Source of the DNA: Verrucomicrobiota bacterium
Lineage (GTDB): Bacteria; Verrucomicrobiota; Verrucomicrobiia; Verrucomicrobiales; DEV007
Direction of reading: 5' to 3'
NCBI GenBank assembly: GCA_045046875.1
Contig: JASFYY010000029.1
Location: forward strand, 1 to 61,132
Length of the DNA: 61,132 nucleotides
Shown: positions 36,968-46,518 of the stretch, piece by piece
Position numbering within the stretch: position 1 is the stretch's first letter
Layout: each line of letters starts with the position of its first letter
Translations under genes and position numbers: made by a program
The notes under the pieces: generated by a model
Seen by the model: only the letters and a program-made list of their open reading frames with translations
Database searches by the model: none
Told to the model about the DNA's origin: nothing

Positions 36968-39601
36968 TTATTCACTTCGGGCAATTTGTGATACCTGTAG
37001 ACCACTGGCTTGCGAGGTGTAAAATAAGCGCCCGTTGGAGATGGAGGAGCCAACACATTCGCGGGAGTCGATCGCCGGTCCGGTGGAGACCAGTCCGTTT
37101 TCCTTGGAGAGATCGATGAGATCCATATTGGCACCGAGCACATAAGTTCCGGAGCAAGTGAAGCGGGTGCAAGCGTATCCTTTGTTGAAACGAGAGGTGA
37201 TTTTGCCGGTTTTTTTGTCGAAAACATGGCCGTCGCGACCCGATGCGTTGGAGAAAATAAAGTCGTCAGCGATGGTGACAACATTAACTGCAGATTTCAC
37301 CGGATCGGATTTCCACACCAGCGCTCCGTCTTTGGCATCGAGGCAGAAGACAAAACGATCATCGGTGCTTTCGTCAGGTTTGTTGTAGCCGCCGACATAG
37401 AGCCGTCCGTCTTTGGCCGAGATGGTGCAACCTGCGGTGACGGAGTAATCCCGGGTGAGCCAGATGGTCTCTCCGGTTTTCGGGTCGAGCTGAGCGGTGA
37501 TACCGTTGCAAGGTGAATCTAACCCTCGGCGGCGCAGCTTGGATGCGGCATAACCAAAGAAGGTGGAATAATAAAGTTTACCGTCCATCAAACAGAGTCC
37601 GCTGTCGTTGCCGCCGGAGCCGTAATTGGAGAAATTTTTTTTCCATACCAGCTTACCGCTGTCGAGATCCCAGGCCCAGACGAGCGGGTGGTTGTCACGC
37701 GGGTAATAAGGATTGTTATGGGTGTAAATCCAGCTCATCACTTCTTTGTTGTCCTCGCGTGGTTCGGGTTTACCTTTTTGAACGTAGGCTTTTTCCGTGC
37801 CCTGGGTGGCGTAGCTGCCGGATCCTGATGAGTAGATGGCGAGATTGCCCTGGACAACCGGAGGGGCCTGACGACTCCAACTGGGCGAACCGGTGAAAGG
37901 AGCTTGCCAGAGCAGCTCGCCGGTAGCGGCGTCGAGGCAACGCATCATCGAGCCTTTGATGCCGGCCTGGGGCACGAGCAGTTTGCCTTGGAAGTATAAA
38001 GGGGAAGTGAAGGAGAGATGCACGCCGGGCCAGTAGCGGCGCCACAAGATACGTCCGGTGCTTTGTTCGACGGCGAAAATCTGCCCTTCAGAGGTGTGAG
38101 TGTAGAGCCGTCCGCCGCCACAGACTGGAGCGTGTTTTTGGGTGCCTTTGTAACGGTGGATCCAGTTGATTTTGAGTGGAGCTTTTAACTCATGGTCGTT
38201 GTGGTTGCTGTTGCCAAAATCTCCGTAGTTGGTGAACCAGTCGTATTCGGGGGCGGCGTATTTTCCGCTGAGCGGGCTGCGGATATGATCGAGTGGCAGG
38301 GCTTTCTCCGGTAGTTGCGCGCTACCGCTTTTATTCAGCACATAGAGGAAGCCGTCTTCTCCGCCGAAATAAACGGATTGCTCTGTCACCGCTACAGGAG
38401 CGGTGATCGCTTTACCGAAGGGCGTTTGGAAGGCCCAGGGCTTGCTTTTGTGATCGAGGGGCGCCAGGTAGAGTTTGCCATCGAGTCCGCCGACCACCGC
38501 ATGTTCGGCGGTGAGGATGGGGGGTGCGATCGAGGGATAAACGTCAAAAGGCCGGGCTTTTTCCTGATCAACTTGATGAAGGGTCAAAGCAAAACCTTGT
38601 TCCGGGCGGCTGCGGTAAACGTCGCTGCCGCGCAGGCTGACGGAAGAAAAACCCATCAGGCCGGGCATATTGATGCCGGTGGCGGTATCGGGTACGAAGG
38701 AGGTTTCGACCTGGTTGTCGGGTTTCAAGCGTAGGATTTCGACCCGGCCATAATTGTCCCGTCGATGCCACTGGCGATAAACGGCGCCGTCCTCGCCGAT
38801 GGCTTGACCAAAGGTGGCGGGGTATTCTTTGCCAGCGAGGGACTCGACCAGCCCCACGGTGAGTAGTTTGGCTGATTTGCCCTGATCCTGGAGGAAGACC
38901 GTTTTTCCACCGACCGGAACAATGATGTTATTTTTGTAAACGGCGATGTTACGGGAACAGGTGAAAGTATCACGCCAGGTGACCCGGCCCTCTTTGTGTT
39001 TGGCCCAGTCCACTCCATTCCAGCGATCCCCTTTGAAGTCCATCTCTTCTGCGACGTAATCCCATTTCCACAGGAGTTCGCCTGCAGGGGTCAGGGCATG
39101 GATTTTGGCTCCGAGACTGGCAAAATAAACCCGTTCATTGGCGACAACCGGTGAGGAAAAAATCGCTTCACCGCAGTCGATTTCCTTGACGACGGATCCA
39201 TCAGCAAGTTTGAGCACGTAATAAATGCCGGCGGTGGTACCAAAGTGAAGGTAGTCACCACTGATGGCGGGAGAGGATACATTGTTGCAGTTGGACGCGC
39301 CTCCCTTGCTTTGAAATTTCCATTGCAGCTGGTAACTGTCTGCGTCGAAGCTGAAGAGCATGCCCGACCCATCGAGCACGATCAATTGGCCTTGATGGAT
39401 AAGCGGGGAGGTGTAAACCGCATCCGTCAAGGGCAGTGCGGCAGCTAATTTGAGTGGCGGCGTGAGTTTTACCCCAGGGGCATTGCCGGAGTGGCGGGCA
39501 TCACCTTTGAACTGCAGCCAGGAGTTTGAGGCGGATAGGGGAGAGAGGTTAAGCAGGCCAATGAACAAGGTGAAAATAACAGAGCGGCGGGGTGAATTCA
39601 T
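36968..39601 (-). CDS. PQQ-binding-like multi-beta-propeller secreted protein
   Basis: Signal peptide, WLQFKGD, repeated SSP.V...GxLY / AxDxxTGxxxW units; a second module begins WFTNYGD. Confidence 0.85.
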   Translation of the reverse strand: MNSPRRSVIFTLFIGLLNLSPLSASNSWLQFKGDARHSGNAPGVKLTPPLKLAAALPLTDAVYTSPLIHQGQLIVLDGSGMLFSFDADSYQLQWKFQSKGGASNCNNVSSPAISGDYLHFGTTAGIYYVLKLADGSVVKEIDCGEAIFSSPVVANERVYFASLGAKIHALTPAGELLWKWDYVAEEMDFKGDRWNGVDWAKHKEGRVTWRDTFTCSRNIAVYKNNIIVPVGGKTVFLQDQGKSAKLLTVGLVESLAGKEYPATFGQAIGEDGAVYRQWHRRDNYGRVEILRLKPDNQVETSFVPDTATGINMPGLMGFSSVSLRGSDVYRSRPEQGFALTLHQVDQEKARPFDVYPSIAPPILTAEHAVVGGLDGKLYLAPLDHKSKPWAFQTPFGKAITAPVAVTEQSVYFGGEDGFLYVLNKSGSAQLPEKALPLDHIRSPLSGKYAAPEYDWFTNYGDFGNSNHNDHELKAPLKINWIHRYKGTQKHAPVCGGGRLYTHTSEGQIFAVEQSTGRILWRRYWPGVHLSFTSPLYFQGKLLVPQAGIKGSMMRCLDAATGELLWQAPFTGSPSWSRQAPPVVQGNLAIYSSGSGSYATQGTEKAYVQKGKPEPREDNKEVMSWIYTHNNPYYPRDNHPLVWAWDLDSGKLVWKKNFSNYGSGGNDSGLCLMDGKLYYSTFFGYAASKLRRRGLDSPCNGITAQLDPKTGETIWLTRDYSVTAGCTISAKDGRLYVGGYNKPDESTDDRFVFCLDAKDGALVWKSDPVKSAVNVVTIADDFIFSNASGRDGHVFDKKTGKITSRFNKGYACTRFTCSGTYVLGANMDLIDLSKENGLVSTGPAIDSRECVGSSISNGRLFYTSQASGLQVSQIARSE

Positions 39602-39748
39602 AGATGAGGGGGTAAGCGTGAGGGGTATGATAATAGGCAAGTGGAGGCTGGCAATTTTAAATTTGTGGAATGATCCTTGATTCCAGAGCAAATTTGCTTC
39701 AAACTTAAGCTCAATTTGCTTGGTGAAAGTGTAGAATGATTTTTTGAT

Positions 39749-40159
39749 ATGAAAAAGCTGGCGTTATTATTATTGGTTATCGGAGGACTTACAGTAGGAT
39801 CACAAGCTGCGGAGCCCGCTCTGTTATTGAAAAAACCTGTCCTGAAAGCGGGGGAGCAATTCACGGAGTATGTTCAGTTTTACTTGAACCCCAACCCGGT
39901 GAAAAAAGGTTTAAAAGTGCATCAGCTGTATGTTTACACGGGACAAACCGAGTTGGTGGGGCGGGTCGCCATCACTTTGGTGGATGATGGCGGAGTGCTT
40001 TTTAAGACCAGTGATTTGATGGAGGGCAATTATAGGGAAATGGGGATGGCGATTGTATTGATCGAGTTGGATCGTGAGTTGAGCGAAAATCATAAAAGCG
40101 TGAAATTGAAAAGTGTGCGTGCCAAATCTCGTTTTATCTATGGTCCGAGAGACCGGTGA
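39749..40159 (+). CDS. Secreted hypothetical protein
   Basis: Clear signal peptide (MKKLALLLLVIG...SQA) and beta-rich mature part. Confidence 0.7.
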   Translation: MKKLALLLLVIGGLTVGSQAAEPALLLKKPVLKAGEQFTEYVQFYLNPNPVKKGLKVHQLYVYTGQTELVGRVAITLVDDGGVLFKTSDLMEGNYREMGMAIVLIELDRELSENHKSVKLKSVRAKSRFIYGPRDR

Positions 40160-40197
40160 TGGTCCCTTTTAATCCTTTCGGGGGGAGACGAGGACGC

Positions 40198-40401
40198 TCA
40201 GCCACCGGCGACGATGCGGATGATTTCGATCCGGTCGTCAGTTTGGATTTTTATGCGGGGAAATTCCCGGCTTAACAAAGCCTGCGCGTTGAGTTCAACC
40301 ACCACCGGTTGCCCGCCTAGCTTGAGTCTTTCAAGTAATTCGTTCAGGGGTAATTGAGGCTCCGGGAATTGCCGATCTTCGCCATTGATGGTGATCTTCA
40401 T
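40198..40401 (-). CDS. thiS: Sulfur carrier protein ThiS
   Basis: MKITING...VVELN...DRIEIIRIVAGG with C-terminal GG; ATGA overlap with thiH. Confidence 0.92.
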   Translation of the reverse strand: MKITINGEDRQFPEPQLPLNELLERLKLGGQPVVVELNAQALLSREFPRIKIQTDDRIEIIRIVAGG

Positions 40402-41582
40402 GCCGGGCTGGAAGTCAGAGGTGGAGGGGAAATGTGGGCGGTGTGCTTGATGGAGGGGCTGAGAATAGAGCTGTCCCAGTCTTTCCAAACCGGCTCGAGG
40501 GAAAGTTGTTTGAGCACTTCCGAGATTTGTGCGGGCGAGCGGTGGTCGGCGATATCGAATTGACCGGTGGCTGAGCAGGAGGTGTCGCTTTTTTTATCCA
40601 ATTCCTGCCGTCGTCCGCGAACGGTGAGGTGCAGGTCGTTTACGCCGGCTCCGGTATAACCGCCGGGTTCGGTGTGGCTGCCGGCACTGATACTGGTGAC
40701 TCCTAGAGGGAAAAGGGCGTCGCGCAGGTCGGCGGGTTCCCGGGTGCTCAGCACGATGCCGAGGTGGGGGAAGGTGATGCGGAAAACGGTGATCAGCTGG
40801 ATCAATTCGGCATCTGATATGGTGTGCTGCGGTTCGAATTCTCCAGCAGCTGGGCGCATTCTGGGGAAACTGACGGTGAAAGAGGCCTTCCAGCAAGTGC
40901 GATAGAGGTATTCGAGGTGAGCGGCGAGGGCGAGCGCTTCGCTGCGCCAGTCAGCCAGCCCGAGCAGCGCGCCGATGCCGATGCGGCGAAAACCCGCGTC
41001 GTAGGCTCGTTCGGGGCATTCGAGCCGCCAGTCAAAGTGGCGTTTGGGGCCTGCGGTGTGCAGTTCCTGATAGACTTCGCGGTTGTAGGTTTCCTGATAA
41101 ACCACCAGGCCTTCTGCGCCGCTGTTGACCATGCGTTCGTATTCGGGGGTCTCCATCGGGCCGACTTCGAGCGCGACCGTAGGGATGTAGGAGCGGATCG
41201 CTTCGATACATCTTTCCAGATAACCGTTGGAAACAAATTTAGGGTGCTCACCGGCGACCAGGAGGATATTGCGAAATCCCTGATCCGCCAGATAACGCGC
41301 TTCACGTTCGACTTGATTAATATTCAGAGTGACCCGTAAAATGGGGTTATCGCGGGAAAATCCGCAATAACTGCAATTATTGATGCATTCGTTGGATAAA
41401 TAGAGCGGAGCAAAAAGCCGCATGGTTTGACCGAAGTGTTGGCGCGTGATCGCAACGGATTGCCGGGCCAGGGACTCGATTTCTGTTGGGCCACAGGGCT
41501 CCATCAGCGATTCGAAGCGAGATAACAAGGGGCTTCGTTTTGCGGATTGAGTGACTTGATTAAAAGGCTGGACGAAGGACAT
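40398..41582 (-). CDS. thiH: 2-iminoacetate synthase ThiH (radical SAM)
   Basis: FAPLYLSNECINNCSYCGF, YQETY, GALLGL, STRE, SAGSHTEPGGY, QFDIAD.R, VWKDWD. Confidence 0.94.
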   Translation of the reverse strand: MSFVQPFNQVTQSAKRSPLLSRFESLMEPCGPTEIESLARQSVAITRQHFGQTMRLFAPLYLSNECINNCSYCGFSRDNPILRVTLNINQVEREARYLADQGFRNILLVAGEHPKFVSNGYLERCIEAIRSYIPTVALEVGPMETPEYERMVNSGAEGLVVYQETYNREVYQELHTAGPKRHFDWRLECPERAYDAGFRRIGIGALLGLADWRSEALALAAHLEYLYRTCWKASFTVSFPRMRPAAGEFEPQHTISDAELIQLITVFRITFPHLGIVLSTREPADLRDALFPLGVTSISAGSHTEPGGYTGAGVNDLHLTVRGRRQELDKKSDTSCSATGQFDIADHRSPAQISEVLKQLSLEPVWKDWDSSILSPSIKHTAHISPPPLTSSPA

Positions 41583-41751
41583 GGGTGATGGTTGAACCGC
41601 GCCATGGTAACAGAGCGGTGACCAATTTCAACGGCAATGAGAGGCCACTTCTACAAATTGAGAAAAAATTCGCTCATCAAATTGTTAAAAAGAGTTGCCA
41701 AAAGGCACGAAGACCGATATGGCTACTGCCAGATAAACTATCCAAATTACC

Positions 41752-41994
41752 ATGGCTGACGACAGTATAGAAGAAAAAGTTAAGAACATCATTGTGGAAC
41801 AACTTGGGGTGAATGCCGACCAGGTTGTTGCGGATGCAAAATTTATTGAAGATCTTGGAGCTGATTCACTCGACACGGTCGAGTTGGTGATGGCTTTCGA
41901 GGAAGAATTCGACATCGAAGTGCCCGATGAAGACGCTGAAAAGCTGATGTCGGTGGGAGATGTGACCAAATACATCGCCGAGCACAAAGAGTAA
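41752..41994 (+). CDS. acpP: Acyl carrier protein
   Basis: [20 protein letters not shown]. Confidence 0.98.
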   Translation: MADDSIEEKVKNIIVEQLGVNADQVVADAKFIEDLGADSLDTVELVMAFEEEFDIEVPDEDAEKLMSVGDVTKYIAEHKE

Positions 41995-42042
41995 GCGATA
42001 ATAAAGGCTTGTTTCATTTGATTCGAGTTTTGTGATTTTATG

Positions 42043-42075
42043 AAATGCGTCTCAGCGATGGGGCGCATTTTTTTT
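42043..42075 (+). terminator. Rho-independent terminator of acpP
   Basis: AAATGCGTCTCA-GCGA-TGGGGCGCATTT followed by a T run. Confidence 0.8.
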
Positions 42076-42147
42076 GTTTTCCCCGATTCGCTTGGCAAAG
42101 AGTCTCGCTATTGCCGATTTTTTACGCTAGGCTTGTAAAAGGAAACC

Positions 42148-42672
42148 ATGTACTCAGACGACGACATTCAATACGCCTTGGAGACCACCAAGATCCTGCA
42201 TGAGCCGGATCGGCGGATCGACACTTTTGGCACCACTAGCTTTCAATTTGTGTTGGTATCCCAGCTGATGGACAGCGTTTCCCAGGTGCGGGTGCGCAAT
42301 GGCACGATCGATGCCGAGCGTCCACGCATTTTACGTCCGGAAGGTTATGATGACTTTAGCTTTGAAGGTTTTGGCGAGCAGGCAGAGGCGTTCAGGGAGT
42401 GGTTCAAACGCAGCGGCGGGGATATGGCGTTTTTGAAATACGGTTTTAATTTTGCCAAGCGCAATGTGACGGAGAGCATTGTGCATGAAGGGCTTGCTGA
42501 AGTTTGTGACCGGGTGATCGAGGACATTCGATCTTCGGGCAATCCTTTTCGGGCGGTGATCCAGGGAGTGGATGATACCTGGGAGATTTCTTTATTGAAG
42601 TTCAGCATGGAAATGATCCGACAGTCCCATGGTATCAATGAATTCGATTTCAAGCGTAAGGGCTTACTGTGA
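42148..42672 (+). CDS. Conserved-looking hypothetical cytoplasmic protein
   Basis: 174-aa ORF with normal codon usage (ALETT...IDTFGTT...GVDDTWEISLLKF), co-oriented in the accA run. Confidence 0.75.
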   Translation: MYSDDDIQYALETTKILHEPDRRIDTFGTTSFQFVLVSQLMDSVSQVRVRNGTIDAERPRILRPEGYDDFSFEGFGEQAEAFREWFKRSGGDMAFLKYGFNFAKRNVTESIVHEGLAEVCDRVIEDIRSSGNPFRAVIQGVDDTWEISLLKFSMEMIRQSHGINEFDFKRKGLL

Positions 42673-42709
42673 GTGAGCGTTTTTTGATTGGGTGTAATGT
42701 TTTGAGACT

Positions 42710-43555
42710 ATGGGGCGCTTAAAACTAGTTTTTGTATTCCTCTCTTTTTTGATCCTCGTGGCGGCGGCGGTGTTTGTGGCTTATTATTGGGAGCATGTGG
42801 TCAAGCCCGATCTGGCGATCGAACAGGAGCTGAAAAAAGAGGTTAACGTGAAAGCGCGGGCGGCTCCCGATTTGGGGGTTCGTGAATTTGAGCAAGTGGT
42901 GGAGCTTTTGAAAAAAGGCGAGTCGATGACTGCTCGTGAGCGTTTGTATTATTTGATGGAGTACTACCCGGACTCTTCAGTGCTGCCCGAAGCCCGGAGG
43001 ATCGTGGGGGAGATCAATACGGATTTGCTGATTTCAAAAATCCCCTTGGAGGGTAAGTCTGAGTATGTGGTGAAGAGTGGAGATGCGCTGGCGGCAATCG
43101 CCCGTCATCATCAAACGACCATCGATTACATCATGCGTGCCAACGGGCGCACCACATCAATCATTCACCCTGGAGATCGTCTCTGGGTGTTTCCTCTGAA
43201 TTTTGAAGTGGTGATTGATCAGAGTGAAAAAGTGATTCGTCTTGAACTCAAGGGGCTGTTTTTCAAGGAGTATCCGGTGATTAAATTTGCTTTGCCGCCG
43301 CAGGTGAAAGCACCTGTCAAAGCCGAGATCAAGGACAGGGTGGCTTGGTTTGAGGAGAAACGGGTTCTTTTTAACAATAAAAACTATCTTAAGAGTAAAA
43401 AATGGCTGCAAACCAGTCGTCGGGGATTGATCATCAGGGCATATGATGGTTCTGATAAGGCGGAGGAAGAGTTTGGAATTCTCGTTGCGCCAGAAGATTT
43501 GCAGGAGATGTTTACTCTGTTTAGAGTTTCCACTTCGATCCGTTTAGTTGAATAA
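42710..43555 (+). CDS. Membrane-anchored TPR-LysM protein with degenerate YkuD-like domain
   Basis: TM helix, YYPDS TPR-like segment, LysM YVVKSGDALAAIA...IMRAN...IHPGDRL, YkuD-like tail without His/Cys. Confidence 0.8.
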   Translation: MGRLKLVFVFLSFLILVAAAVFVAYYWEHVVKPDLAIEQELKKEVNVKARAAPDLGVREFEQVVELLKKGESMTARERLYYLMEYYPDSSVLPEARRIVGEINTDLLISKIPLEGKSEYVVKSGDALAAIARHHQTTIDYIMRANGRTTSIIHPGDRLWVFPLNFEVVIDQSEKVIRLELKGLFFKEYPVIKFALPPQVKAPVKAEIKDRVAWFEEKRVLFNNKNYLKSKKWLQTSRRGLIIRAYDGSDKAEEEFGILVAPEDLQEMFTLFRVSTSIRLVE

Positions 43556-43574
43556 ATTTAAGCTGTAATTATTT

Positions 43575-44531
43575 ATGCAAGTAGAACCATTGGAATTTGA
43601 AAAGCCTATTGTGGATCTGGAGCGGCAATTGGCTGAACTGAAGGAGCACAGTGCGGGGCAGGATATTGGCGCCGAGGCAGAGATTGAAAAAATTGAAGAG
43701 AAGATCTCGAAGATGAAATACGAGGTGTATCAGGGGCTCACCGCGTGGCAACGGGTGCAGATTGCCCGTCACACCCAACGTCCGTTCACGCTCGATTATA
43801 TTGATCACTGTTTCGATGATTTTTTGGAGCTGCACGGTGACCGGCACATTGGTGATGACGATGCGATGCCCGCCGGATTTGCACGACTTGAAGGGCGGCG
43901 TTGTGTGGTCGTGGGGCATCAGAAGGGCAGGGACACCAAGGAAAATTTACTGCGTAATTTTGGCAGCGCGCACCCCGAGGGGTATCGCAAGGCTTTGCGG
44001 CTGATGCGTTTGGCGGATAAATTCGGGCAACCGATTGTGACCTTTATTGATACACCGGGCGCTTACCCTGGCATCGGAGCGGAAGAGCGCAATATCGCCG
44101 AGGCGATTGCGTTTAATTTGCGGGAAATGATGCGGATCAAAGTGCCGATTGTGGCGGTGGTGATCGGTGAGGGCGGATCGGGCGGGGCTTTGGGGATTGG
44201 CATTGCTGACCGGGTATTGATGCTGGAAAACTCGTATTACTCTGTGATCAGTCCGGAGGGCTGCGCGGCAATTTTATGGAAAGACCGGAAGTTCGCCGAA
44301 GATGCGGCGAAGGCGATGAAATTGACGTCTCACGATTTGAAAGAGATGGGAGTGATCGATGAGATCATTCCAGAACCTCTGGGCGGCGCGCATCACGATC
44401 ACATCGCGGTTGGACGCAGTGTGAAAATGGCTTTGAGCAAACACCTCACTGAGTTGAGGGAATTGGACAGTGATGAGCTGATGCAGCAACGTTATGAGAA
44501 ATTTCGAAAATTTGGTGAATTCCGTGGTTAG
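43575..44531 (+). CDS. accA: Acetyl-CoA carboxylase carboxyltransferase alpha
   Basis: LEFEKPI, ARHTQRP, GHQKG, FIDTPGAYPG, GEGGSGGA, SPEGCAAILW. Confidence 0.98.
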   Translation: MQVEPLEFEKPIVDLERQLAELKEHSAGQDIGAEAEIEKIEEKISKMKYEVYQGLTAWQRVQIARHTQRPFTLDYIDHCFDDFLELHGDRHIGDDDAMPAGFARLEGRRCVVVGHQKGRDTKENLLRNFGSAHPEGYRKALRLMRLADKFGQPIVTFIDTPGAYPGIGAEERNIAEAIAFNLREMMRIKVPIVAVVIGEGGSGGALGIGIADRVLMLENSYYSVISPEGCAAILWKDRKFAEDAAKAMKLTSHDLKEMGVIDEIIPEPLGGAHHDHIAVGRSVKMALSKHLTELRELDSDELMQQRYEKFRKFGEFRG

Positions 44532-45173
44532 ATGAAAACTCTATTAGTGAAAAATTATCTTCGATTGGCTGGCCTTTGTTGTTTGGCGGGTTGGAGTGTC
44601 CTATCAGGGGGCACTGGCTTGCAAGCGGATGATAAGGCCGGGGAGGAAGGGCAGATTGCTCTTATTCGCCAGTATTATGCCGAAGTAGAGGCCTTGCAGG
44701 AGCTACAGAAGGTGGATATTGAGTTTCGCTGTCAGGGGGACCCAATGGAGGGAGTGCTGACGAAGCGCTTGAAGCGTGATTCGGGCAAGGTGGTTCGTTT
44801 GGATTTGGGTTACCTGGCGGGTGATCACGGCGGGGCGGATGAAATGTATTATTACCGCGAGGGGAAGTTGTTTTTTATTCTGGTATCCGCGTCCTGGTGG
44901 CAGTTCAGTGGTCAGAAGGAGGGCGAGACGATCGATACGATGCGTGAACGGCGTTATTACTTTTCAAAAGGGCAGTGTATCAGGGTTTTGGAGAAAAAGG
45001 TCACCTCTAAAAAACAAGATCAATTGAGAGGATTGATCTCAAAAGCGGAGAATCACGAACTTGATCTGAATGGGGAGGAGATCAGGGGAGACATCGCGGC
45101 CGTGATGAAAAAAGCCTCTGTGTTGCCAACGCTGAAAGACGCCAGGGCGGTGACGAAGTTTTTCTGTGAGTAG
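44532..45173 (+). CDS. Secreted hypothetical protein
   Basis: Signal-peptide-like N-terminus, YYREGKLFF and ERRYYF motifs; abuts the accA stop. Confidence 0.7.
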   Translation: MKTLLVKNYLRLAGLCCLAGWSVLSGGTGLQADDKAGEEGQIALIRQYYAEVEALQELQKVDIEFRCQGDPMEGVLTKRLKRDSGKVVRLDLGYLAGDHGGADEMYYYREGKLFFILVSASWWQFSGQKEGETIDTMRERRYYFSKGQCIRVLEKKVTSKKQDQLRGLISKAENHELDLNGEEIRGDIAAVMKKASVLPTLKDARAVTKFFCE

Positions 45174-45201
45174 AGGTGGGGCGGGAGTTTGACCGCGACC
45201 C

Positions 45202-45978
45202 TTATTTAATCTCCTCGATGAAAGATTGGGCAGCTTTGCCCATGTCTCCGGCGAAATCGGCGTAAGTCTTGGCAAAAGGCGGACGGAACCAGGGGTAGGC
45301 TCCAACCAGATCGTGAATCACCCGGATCTGACCGTTACATTCGTTGCCTGCACCAATGCCAATGGTGGGGATATTGATCTCCTGGGTGATTCTGGTCGCT
45401 ACCTCGGCGAGCATGCTTTCCAATACGATGGCACCCGCACCTGCTTTTTCGAGATCCTGGGCGGAGCGCAGCAGGCGGTCAGCATCGTGCTGGGTCTTGC
45501 CTTTCTTTTTGTAACCGCCTTCTTCTTTGACACGTTGCGGCAGCATGCCGATGTGGCCGACCATGGGAATGCCTTGCCGGGTGAGTGCCTCCACCTTGTC
45601 TAACTGGGTGGTGCCGCCTTCGAGCTTGATGGCGTGGGCACCGGCCTGCATCAGGCGTTGGGCGTTATTGACAGCGTCTTCAACACTTAGGTAGCTGTGA
45701 TAAGGCAAGTCGGCTACCAAGAGGGCGTTCTTGATACCTCGCGCGACCACTTCGGTGTGGTAGAGCATGTGTTCCATGGTCACGCCTGTGGTATCATCGA
45801 GACCGGCAAAAACCATGCCGAGTGAATCGCCGACCAGAATAAGGTCGATGCCAGCTTCGTCGAGCAGGCGGGCGGTGGGGTAATCGTAGGCAGTGAGGGA
45901 TGAGATCACTTCGTCGGCTGCCATTTTGTCGAACAGCGGCTGGAAGGGGTGGTTGGCTGGGAGATGGGCGGCAGACAT
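45202..45978 (-). CDS. panB: 3-methyl-2-oxobutanoate hydroxymethyltransferase
   Basis: LTAYD, LVGDSLG, ADLP, KLEGG, GHIG..PQ, TIGIGAG..C.GQ. Confidence 0.96.
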   Translation of the reverse strand: MSAAHLPANHPFQPLFDKMAADEVISSLTAYDYPTARLLDEAGIDLILVGDSLGMVFAGLDDTTGVTMEHMLYHTEVVARGIKNALLVADLPYHSYLSVEDAVNNAQRLMQAGAHAIKLEGGTTQLDKVEALTRQGIPMVGHIGMLPQRVKEEGGYKKKGKTQHDADRLLRSAQDLEKAGAGAIVLESMLAEVATRITQEINIPTIGIGAGNECNGQIRVIHDLVGAYPWFRPPFAKTYADFAGDMGKAAQSFIEEIK

Positions 45979-45979
45979 A

Positions 45980-46510
45980 TTAGCAGACAGGTTCGGGATG
46001 TTGGTCGAATAGATCACAAACGACTTTTTGCAGGGCGCCTTCCTCTGAATCGAGTTCAGCGAGCAGGGTCGAGATGTTTCTTTGCTGATTGGGAAGAATG
46101 AGATCGGGCCGGATATCGGCCAGCGGTTGCAGCACAAAACGGCGTAAGTGCAGGCGGGGGTGGGGTAGGGTCAGGGTTTGGTCTTGGCAGATCAAGTTGT
46201 CTGCATACAGGATGTCGAGATCGATACTGCGTGAGGCGTTGCGTTGGCGTTGGCTGGGACGGCCGAGCTGGCTTTCGGTTTCTCTCAAGCGGAAGAGTAA
46301 ATCGAGCGGGGAAAGATCGCTTTCCAGCTCTATGGCCATGTTGTAAAAATCAGGAGTCCCTTGCTGGCAATCAACGGCTTGTGTTAAATAGGTTGATGAG
46401 CAGAGTGGGCGGGACGGGCCTTTGTGCCAGCTGCGCAAAACGGTCAGGGCTTGCTGCAGGTTTTGCAGGCGATCACCAAGATTGGATCCTAGACCGATGC
46501 CGTATTTCAT
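45980..46510 (-). CDS. folK: 2-amino-4-hydroxy-6-hydroxymethyldihydropteridine diphosphokinase
   Basis: IGLGSNLGDR, FYN, R.IDLDIL, LPHPR...RRFVL.PL. Confidence 0.95.
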   Translation of the reverse strand: MKYGIGLGSNLGDRLQNLQQALTVLRSWHKGPSRPLCSSTYLTQAVDCQQGTPDFYNMAIELESDLSPLDLLFRLRETESQLGRPSQRQRNASRSIDLDILYADNLICQDQTLTLPHPRLHLRRFVLQPLADIRPDLILPNQQRNISTLLAELDSEEGALQKVVCDLFDQHPEPVC

Positions 46511-46518
46511 TTGGGCTG

